A stretch of 63,175 nucleotides of DNA, counting the filler, from Conidiobolus incongruus B7586 (lineage: Eukaryota): NCBI GenBank assembly GCA_000697335.1. It is 7 parts of 7 records of this genome, joined end to end, with 100 filler letters (N's around TTAATTAATTAA, not from the genome) between each part and the next. Parts side by side here need not be neighbours in the genome. Positions count along the whole stretch, not along the records: positions 53,466 to 57,690 come from JNEM01007026.1; positions 57,791 to 61,763 come from JNEM01007028.1; positions 61,864 to 63,175 come from JNEM01007034.1; 4 more parts are not named here. The stretch is one strand, 5' to 3'. Below, in pieces: positions 53,967 to 63,175 of this stretch. Positions within the stretch are counted from its first letter, which is position 1. Each line of letters starts with the position of its first letter. The notes under the pieces are model-generated. The model ran no database searches and was not told the origin of the DNA. It was given only the letters and a program-made list of their open reading frames with translations. The position numbers and the translations under genes are program-made.

Positions 53967-56026
53967 TAATATGTTGTGTAAAAGCCAGTTAACATATTTG
54001 CAATTAGTGATTGCTTGATTAATAGTAAAAGATATTTCAAACTATAATCCATATTTTTTAATTCTGATCCTTTACTGATTTATTATTAATATAAATATTT
54101 ATAATTGACAAAATTAACTTCTGATTGAATATTCAATAAATGGAATATTTATATTAATTTAATGTGTATTTTAATTTATGATTTAATTATTCAACTATAA
54201 CTTTAGATCAATAATTAAAATGTAATAATAATCAATATCAAATTTGAATTTAAATTGCAATATAATTTTATATTTTATTTATTAAACAAAAACTATTTTT
54301 GATTTGATATTTCCTTAATTTAAAAATTGCCATAATTCAAATACTATTGAGAATTTAGTTAACCTCAATTGCCAAGTATACCTAGTTCCAATTCTCTCTT
54401 AAGAACTGCAGTTTGATGTTTTAAATTAAGATTGATTTTATTAACAATTAAATTGGTCTGATTTTTCTCCAAAGAAAAGTTATATTGTTTTGATAATTAC
54501 AGCTATACTATATTCAATTTCAATTGCCAAGTCTACGCAGTTCAAGCTTTCAAAAACAAAATACTGTGGTGCAATATTTGACGGATTTGATTAATAATCA
54601 ATTTAGTCATAAATTTTCTAAATTAATCTTCAATAATAAGTTGGTTCCAAAATGTTTGTGGAAACATTAATTTGACAGTTGTTAATGTGTAATTAATAAA
54701 AGATATTATGCTTTAAAATTGAAAAAATTATTCAGATTTTAATTAATTATAATTGAAAATCGATAATATATGAATCCAAAAATAATCAGTATAAAATTAA
54801 TATATAATTCTTTTGAAATAGGACATTTTCAAAAAACTAATTACTTTTCAAAAACTATATAATGTTAGGTAATAATTACTTTAGAATTAGGAAAAATCTC
54901 TCATCTTCAAGAAAAATCGTGAATATGAATCAGATTAAATATTACATTTTAATCCATTACTTCAAAAAATCGATCCAACATTAGATGTTTTTAAACACTA
55001 AAAATGGACTATTCTCTATGATTAAACATAAATAGAATCTCCTAATAACACTATATATATTTTACAATATATTCAGAAAGTAATTAATATAATAAAATTA
55101 TAAGTTGATTGAATGGATCAAGGTTTGCAATTAATCAGCGTATCTTATTAACATCATTCTGAAATTAATACAAATTGTTTTGTTATATTCCATAACAATA
55201 TAATAATATATTTTTCAAATATTATATATTTAATCATTGAATTAATTTAAATCTAATCAAAATAAAATTTATGAAAGAAGAATTTTATTAATATTTTTAT
55301 TTTCTCCATTGTTATTTTTTATAACTATTATTAACTTGAAAAAATATGTAATTCTAATATTTATTTGTTGGGATCATCTTGTATTAAATTAAAGTAAAAT
55401 TCTCTACTTTTTTTAAGGGAGTTTGACTATAACTTGCATTTAATTATTCATGATTCAAGCAATCATGATATTGATACTTTAAAATGGCAGTAATTTCACG
55501 ATAATCCACAATGACTAATAATGACGTTATAAAAATCCATATTCAACAATCAAGTATCCTCAATAAGAAATTATTAAAAAGCTGAGGAAGATTAAAGCTA
55601 TTAATTACTAAGTGTATATTGAGTGAATATAATAAACCCTTAATCAAATGGCCTAATATCAATTGAAAATGATTCAAATTTGAAATCATCGATTCTTTTA
55701 AATGGATAATTAAGCCAAGAAAAATTCTATAATTATCTTTTGAACCCTAATTACTAATGAACCAACAGGATTCTCCTAATTCTGAGACCTCTTAATTCTG
55801 GTTTGGATGTTGGGAAATATGATTTCTAATAACAGAAACTGAGGCATCATCCAATCATAATAGTGTATTTATGAGTCAAAAATCCTGGATTGGGAATGTG
55901 TGATTTAATTATATCAATTATTATGCATCAATGATGAGATTTGAATAGATTGGATAAGGAACGTTTTTGAGTTTCGTGAATATTGAAACTACGCATTAAA
56001 TGGATTTTTGTATTCATAAAATAACC

Positions 56027-56034
56027 TATAAATA
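56027..56034 (+). promoter_or_regulatory. TATA box candidate
   Basis: TATAAATA ~95 nt upstream of ATG 56127. The paralogue has TATAAATA at 59745-59752. Confidence 0.45.
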
Positions 56035-56126
56035 GCTGATCTCCCTATATATCTTCGAACTATCAATATTTTCGTTTATACTCATATTTCAATTATTTTT
56101 GATTGTTAATTGTATTTATCTTCACC

Positions 56127-56600
56127 ATGAAATTCAATACTCAAATCGCTGCTCTCATTGCCATTGCTTCCGTCCAAGCTCAAAACGTTGACATTAACAG
56201 TCTTATTAACGCTGCCAACTCTGCTTTCCCAGGTATTGCCTCTTCTATTCAAAATGCTATCAATCAAGCTACTGCAACCGCTCAAAATCAAGCTACTTCA
56301 GTAGCATCTGCAGCATCTAGCGCTGCTCCAACTAGAATCCAAGCTTCAGCCACATCTATTGTGAATAGTGCTAGCTCAGCCTTGAGTGAAGTCGTTTCAT
56401 CAGTTCAAAGCGCAGTTTCTAGTGCCGAAACTCAAGTCGCATCCGCTACCTCGAAGGTCAGTTCAGCCATGTCCTCCAAATCATCAGGCTCATCATCTAG
56501 TACCACCACAACCACTAGCAATGCCAATCGTATGATCGCTCCCCAATACGTTGTCGCTGCAGGTGCTGCTTTCGCTGCTGTTGGTAGTTACTTATTGTAA
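56127..56600 (+). CDS. Secreted Ser/Ala/Thr-rich probable GPI-anchored cell-surface protein, 157 aa
   Basis: ACCATG start, signal peptide MKFNTQIAALIAIASVQA, low-complexity S/A/T body, omega-like SNAN, then hydrophobic tail YVVAAGAAFAAVGSYLL*. Confidence 0.85.
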   Translation: MKFNTQIAALIAIASVQAQNVDINSLINAANSAFPGIASSIQNAINQATATAQNQATSVASAASSAAPTRIQASATSIVNSASSALSEVVSSVQSAVSSAETQVASATSKVSSAMSSKSSGSSSSTTTTTSNANRMIAPQYVVAAGAAFAAVGSYLL

Positions 56601-57790
56601 TTTTAAATTAAACTAATTGTCACGGTCCCTCATCATTTGAAATGTTTATAAATATTAGTAAATTCATCTTACCTCCAGTACCATAATAAAATCGAATAAT
56701 ATCATTTTAATACAATATTTATTAATTGAATTTTTAATATTTTAAAAATTTTCATAATATTCCCACTGATATTAACTTAATAGCCTAGAACAATATGAAC
56801 TAGATTTTTTAATTAATAAGTAGCCAATTCGCATATCAATTGAGAATTAAAATTGTGTGACGTAGTAATTTTATATCATTTTTAAAAAAATAAACTTAAA
56901 ATAAAAATGTCATTTAATACGCCAAATATATATATATATAAAGAATTGAATAATATTATATAAAAAAATATATTATCATTATTTTTAATTAAAATAAAAT
57001 TATAAAAATAATAATTTTAAATTTATTAATTTATTCTATTAATATTTTTAAATACAATTTAATTAAAATTAATGGCGTCTATTTCGGTATTAACCTAACT
57101 TGTAATTTTTATTAAAAATTTCAACTGTTGAGTAAAATTTTATTATTATTATTATTATTATTTGAAATCAATATAGTTTCAGATTAGAAGAATAGAATAT
57201 ATAACAGATACAAAAGGATGTTTATATTCAAAAATATATTTTGAAACAGTAATTAAATTTTGAAATTATTATAATAATTTGATAATATTTCATTATTTAT
57301 CAATTTAATTAAAGTGTTTCATTTATATTAGTTAATATTATTCTTAAATCGAAAATAAAAAAATTAATAATATTAATTAAATTTATATTTTCTTTTAAAT
57401 GTTTATAATATATTTTAATATTAAAACCAATATAAATATATTTGTATATATAAATGATATTCACAATTATAAACTTAAATTTGATGAATTAAGAAATTCC
57501 AATTAAATAATTATTAATTTTTTAAAATCTTAAAGTTCAAAAATGACTTAATTTTTTTAATAGTAATTATGTATTAAAGTAAATATTAATTAAGAAATTT
57601 TATTTTGTTTAATTAAATAAATTTATAAAAATTTATTATAATATTTGTAATATTTTTTGAATTATAAATTTGTTTAATTTTAATATATTTNNNNNNNNNN
57701 NNNNNNNNNNNNNNNNNNNNNNNNNNNNNNNNNNTTAATTAATTAANNNNNNNNNNNNNNNNNNNNNNNNNNNNNNNNNNNNNNNNNNNN

Positions 57791-57798
57791 ATTGTATA

Positions 57799-57830
<32 letters not shown>

Positions 57831-59010
57831 ATAATTTATTTGATTAAAAAAATTATCTTTTTAAAATTAGTTGTTTAATTTATTTATATTTAAACTAAAT
57901 AAAAATCATCAAAAGTTTTTTATTTTAGTATCAATAAAACTTAACCATAAGCCCTTTAAAATTATTTAAAATTTATAAGCAGCTTTTAGTAATAAAGTAT
58001 TATCTTAATCAATAATTTATTTTTAGATAAATTAATTTAAAGTTAAGAGAGAAACTATTTAAAACCTATAAAAATTTAAAAGATTAACTTTAATTGTTAC
58101 TCTTTTAATTCTTAATAGAATAAAAAAATATATTAAAAAGCATTTTTTATTTTAGTTAAAGAATTATGTAAATACTTTAATATTAATTTTATAAGTATTT
58201 TATATATATTTAAGTTTAAATTTAAATAAATATATAAAAATATAAAATAGGTATCATATCATTTAATTAAAGCTTAAAAAAATTAAAATAGTTATTATTA
58301 AATAAAACTTATTAAAATATTACTAGAAGTTTAAACTTTTATAATAAATAATTATAATTGATGAATCTTAAATCTTTATATATAATCTTTTATTAAAATA
58401 CAAATCAAGATGTTAGATTAAATTAAATCAACCCCTTTTACAAATCCCTTTAAATAAATATTTTGTTAATAAGCAAATATTTATTATTATAATAGATTAT
58501 AATAGTATATGCTACTTTTATTTAGTTCCTAAAGGAAAATTAATTAATGATAAACTTTATATTGTTTTTTAAATAAAAATATTTTTAATTAGTATGTTTA
58601 ATATAATTTGAGAAAACCTATTATTTTATATAATAATTGTAAAATATATAAATTTAAAGCTATAAAAAACTTTCTAATTAAAAATAACTGGAAAAAACTA
58701 CCATATCTAGTATACTCTTTAGATTATAACTTGTATAACTATAATTGCTTTAAGCAATTAAAAAACTAGCTTACAAGAAAGAAAATTTCTATAGAATAAT
58801 TTAATTAATTTGTAAAATATCAAATTTCAGTCTTTAATAAAAAGAATTATTTTTTAAATGTTAAATCTTTGCTAAAAGTATAATAAAAAGTTATTAATAA
58901 TAAAAAAAAATATTAAATTTATATTTTATATTTATTTTTATATATTATATATTAAAATATTTATTTATTTTTAATTACAAAAAATTCCCATTATTAAAAA
59001 TACAAAGTAA
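57791..59010 (+). mobile_element. Mariner subfamily B, near full length, heavily mutated
   Basis: Aligns with 1-952 and 51969-52869. Ends AATTCCCATTATTAAAAATACAAAGTAA|TA. 5' TIR falls in the gap. Confidence 0.9.
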
Positions 59011-59826
59011 TATTAAGTTTAAAAAATAATTTTAAGTATTTTTCCAACTTTAACCTTTGAAAAACCTCATCAACTTATTGAAAAATGCCTATATACTCTA
59101 TCTTTATCTAAGCTCTAAGATTTTAATTATTGAGTATATTCTTAAAGTTATTAAAAGCTATCCTCATAATATTTTTTATATTTTTATGAAAAATAATTGA
59201 AAATGTTAAATAATTAAAATTCAGAACATTTTAAAATTATTTTATATTATTTAATTTATCATTTATATATTCATTCAGTAGTTTTATTAATATATATTAA
59301 AGATGATATTAGAGCATTATAAATTATACAAATGAGTATACACCAAATTCAAAGTTAAAAAAAACAACCAAAGTTTCAATAAAATTAACAAAAAAGTGTA
59401 ATATGATATCATGTTAATTTCTTAGTCCAATTTTTAGATAAAATCCGCTATTTAATTGCAATTTAATTTTGCTGCATGGATTTTAAGATTAATTTTATTG
59501 ATTAGTTATAGCTTGGTTGTTGATCATATCTTACAAGTAGTATATAATGGATGGAAATAAGAGATTCGAATTATCGCAGTACTGGACAATTTTCGGGAAT
59601 TGAACAGAGGATGGCTTCTAAGCCAAGATTTGAATCAGGTTCAAAGTTGGCACTTTTAAAATCAGAAATTGATCTCTCAATCCATGTTTATTGCTTGACT
59701 GAAACCGCATTAATTGTGACCATAAATATTATGTCTTGAAATAGTATAAATACAAGATCAAATTCTGATTTTGTGATTATTCTTCATTTAGTACATTTTA
59801 GGTTATAGCGAATACAATATCTTATC

Positions 59827-60213
59827 ATGAAATTCAATACTCAATTAGCTTCTATTGCCTTCGTTTTGACATTTGTTCAATCTCAAGATCTTGGTAATAT
59901 CCTCCAAACTGCTAAATCTGCTATTGATGGTATCGTTCCAGGTGCTCAAAGTCTTTTAACAGTTGTTGGTGATGCCATCAATCCTCAACATTCTTCCACA
60001 GCCACATTCATTTCTCCAACATTTACCTCTGTTTCTCCAGTTACGACATCCACTTCAATCATGTCTTCCACTCAAAGCGTCAGGCCCAGTACTACTGGAG
60101 GTCCGGTAACTTCTTTCACTCCCAATAGCGCAAACCATCTTGCTGCTCCCAGCAATTTTGTTTTTGTGGTTGCAGGAGCCGCATTTGCAGCAGTTGGTAA
60201 TTATTTAATTTAA
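59827..60213 (+). CDS. Secreted Ser/Thr/Pro-rich probable GPI-anchored protein, 128 aa, paralogue of 56127-56600
   Basis: Signal peptide MKFNTQLASIAFVLTFVQS. C-terminus NSANHLAAPSNFVFVVAGAAFAAVGNYLI*. Confidence 0.85.
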   Translation: MKFNTQLASIAFVLTFVQSQDLGNILQTAKSAIDGIVPGAQSLLTVVGDAINPQHSSTATFISPTFTSVSPVTTSTSIMSSTQSVRPSTTGGPVTSFTPNSANHLAAPSNFVFVVAGAAFAAVGNYLI

Positions 60214-61506
60214 TGATATTATAAAGAAAATCATAGAATATAACCTTTATATTTATCACAACGTTGTATGTCTTATATATTTTTATTTTTCATAATATAA
60301 AAACCAAAAATATACTAAACTCAATTACTTGTGTACATTGATATTTTTCATATCCATAAATATTAATTTTGTTTAAATGATCCTATTTAACAATTGTTTA
60401 TAATTTTTAACATACTTTTTCATTATATTTTAACTAAATAGGTTTGATATAATTATTAATAGAGGTTCAAATTTAAGAAAATATACAGCCTTGGTGGAAT
60501 GATTTGTTCAAAATAATCGCAGCTCGTTTGGTCTTCTTTGAATGCATCAATTCTATTATTTATTTTAAATGTTTAACCACTTACATAAAATAACCATTAT
60601 TTCTATAAACAATTTTAAAATCTGATCAAAATTGTCAGTTTTAAATAGTTATATTTGAATGTGGAAATTGGGTATACAATTTGTAAATTGAATTTTATAA
60701 ACGAAAGTTATTTAGTGTTGATAGTATTAATTGGTAATGGTAAAATTATATAATATGATGAATAGATATTAATAAAATACTATCTTAACATTAATAGCTA
60801 TTATAACCTAACTAATAAATTACAACGATCCAAACATAATTTTTACAAAGCATTATTCAAAAACCACAGAAATTGAAGTTTCCTTGGCAAAAATTTCAAT
60901 TATATTTTCGCAGTCGATATATATTAGATAATATTAAAGAGCAAATTCTGATTAAGAATTGGAATATAATCATAGTTAACGCTATTCTTTAAATCACTAT
61001 GATTTTTAATTTGCGGGATCGTATAATTATTTTTAATATGTAAAATATTTAATGAAATAACTATTAACTTGAGAATAGTGAGATTACATTAATGAATAAT
61101 ATCCATAATATAATGCTAACTAAATATTGTTTGTAATTCATGTTATTTAATAATCTAGTACATTTATTATGTTAAGCAATATATATAATGTTTATGCTAT
61201 ATCATCACTCAGTTTAAACTGCAAAGAATTCATTTTTTATCTATTTTTTGATATGGGAATTTTTATATTAATATTCGTGTAATAATGAATCAAATTAACT
61301 AAAAAAATATCATAAGTATATTAGTTATGATTTAGTAGCATCAAATATTTACCACAATATTAACAAGATTAAATCAATTTTATTTTTAATGTCAGATCTT
61401 TAAGTATATATTTAACTTTATAAATTTGAAAATTCATAATAACTGTAATTTTATTAATAAAAAAGATTGAAGAAATATTTAAGTAGTAGATAATTATGCT
61501 ATAATA

Positions 61507-61763
61507 TTACCATGGAATTGAAGAAATGGGAAATTTTTTAATTTCCGATTTTTCAAACATATTATTAGTTTCAAATAAGCAAATATATACAAAACAAATA
61601 GGAAAATAAATAGTTTTGAATTATATATATATATATATATATATAATAATTTTTTTGATTAAAAAATGAATTTTTTAAAATTAGTTGTTTAATTTAATTA
61701 TGCTTAAACCAAATAGTGACCATCAAAAGTTTTTTATTTTAGTATAGGAAAACTTAACCACAA
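61507..61763 (+). mobile_element. Mariner subfamily B, 5' end, runs into gap
   Basis: TA|TTACCATGGAATTGAAGAAATGGGAAATT, with transposase start ATGCTTAAACCAAATAGTGAC at ~61700. Confidence 0.85.
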
Positions 61764-61863
61764 NNNNNNNNNNNNNNNNNNNNNNNNNNNNNNNNNNNNN
61801 NNNNNNNTTAATTAATTAANNNNNNNNNNNNNNNNNNNNNNNNNNNNNNNNNNNNNNNNNNNN

Positions 61864-63175
61864 TATTTCAAAATAAAATAATAATAAAAAAATTAAATTA
61901 TAATATAATATTAAGATTAAAATTAAACAAATAAATCAATAAATAATATATAAAAATTAATAAATAATATAAAATTAATAGCCTTTTTTATTATTAATAA
62001 CTTTTTTCTATACTTTTAGTAAGTTTCTAATATTTAAAAATTAGTTCTTTTTATTAAAGACTGAAATTTGATATTTCACAAACCAATTTAATTTGTTTAT
62101 AGGAATTTTTTTTATAAGCTGTTTTTTTAATTATCTAAAATAATTATAAACACATAGGTTATAATCAAGTGAATATACTTGATATGATAACTCCATCTAA
62201 TTTTTTTTATATAAAAAATCTTTTACAGATTTAGTTTTATATAATTTGCAATTATTATGTAAAATAATAGATGTTTTTAATTTATATTAAAAACACTATT
62301 TAGAAATTATTTAATCTAAAAAGATAATATATAACTTATTATTAATTGATTTTCCTTGAGGTATTAAATAAAAAACCATATATCATTATAATCCATTATA
62401 ATAATTAATATTTACTTATATTTAAAATACTTATTTATTGGAATTTATAGAGGGGATTAATTTAGCTTAACCCAATATCTTGTTTTAATTTTAGGTAAAG
62501 GATTATATAAAGGAATTTAAAATTCATTAATTATAAGTACTTAATATAAAAACCTTTGTTTTTGGTTATACCTTAATAAGTTTAAATTACCTATTTCTAT
62601 TTTAGTATTTTTAAGCTATTATTATATTAAAAGATATTTATTTTATATTTCTATTCATTAATCTAAGTTTAAACTTAAGTAAATATAACATGCTTATATA
62701 ATTAATATTAAATTGTTTTGATAATTATTTAGCAGAAATAAAAGGGTATTTCTTAATATATTTTTTTACTTTATTAGTAAATGAAAGAGTAATAATAGAA
62801 ATTAGTCTTTTAGATTTTAGTAAATTTTAAATAATGTCCCTTCCAGCTTTAAAATCACAAATCTAGCAATATATGGTAATTTTAGATAAAACATCATCTT
62901 TATAAGCTGTTTACAAGTTTTAAATGATTTTAGAGGGTTTATGGTTAAGTTTTAAAAATACAAAAATACAAGCATTTTAATAATCAAAATCCAATTTACA
63001 TATTATTAAATTTAAATATAAATTTTAAAATCAAAATATTTTAATAAAAAATTAATTAAAAATAAATATATATATATAATTTGAAAATTTTTATTTTTTT
63101 ACATATATTATATATAAATAATCTTTCAAAATTTATAATATATTTAAAAGATCAGAAATTAAAAAATTTGCTATA
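61864..63175 (-). mobile_element. Mariner subfamily A, near full length, mutated
   Basis: Collinear with 47080-48295 and fills the part hidden by that copy's gap. Many stops. Confidence 0.9.

Noticed and set aside
59551..59739. 62-aa ORF upstream of the second GPI-type gene
   Set aside because: Lies in the presumed promoter, ends just before the TATA box and has no recognisable features.
20379..61863. Six identical TTAATTAATTAA palindromes embedded in N runs
   Set aside because: Artificial scaffold linker with fixed 44N flanks. Not biological and not a CRISPR-like repeat.

Overview
Very AT-rich eukaryotic DNA with short (~50-70 nt) GT-AG introns and fungal-type genes. An early-diverging fungus, possibly Zoopagomycota/Entomophthorales-like, is my inference, not something the sequence proves. 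Intact genes: two SABATH-family (Methyltransf_7) carboxyl methyltransferases in a minus-strand tandem array with at least three decayed paralogues (~2.1-13.9 kb), ERG25, THR1 with an upstream TGACTCA site, YOS1, a ~22-exon TOR kinase, an intron-containing orphan resembling a LINE ORF1 protein, and two paralogous Ser/Thr/Ala-rich GPI-type surface proteins. Repeats: many copies of a DD34D mariner in two TIR subfamilies (one nested), a full-length Ty3/Gypsy element (23908-29568, AATAT TSD) and a second LTR family with a tRNA-like PBS. Repeats carry a dense C->T/G->A load enriched at CpA/TpG while single-copy genes are intact, a RIP-like signature. Six 100-nt N gaps with a TTAATTAATTAA linker are assembly artefacts. 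No rRNA, tRNA or CRISPR seen.
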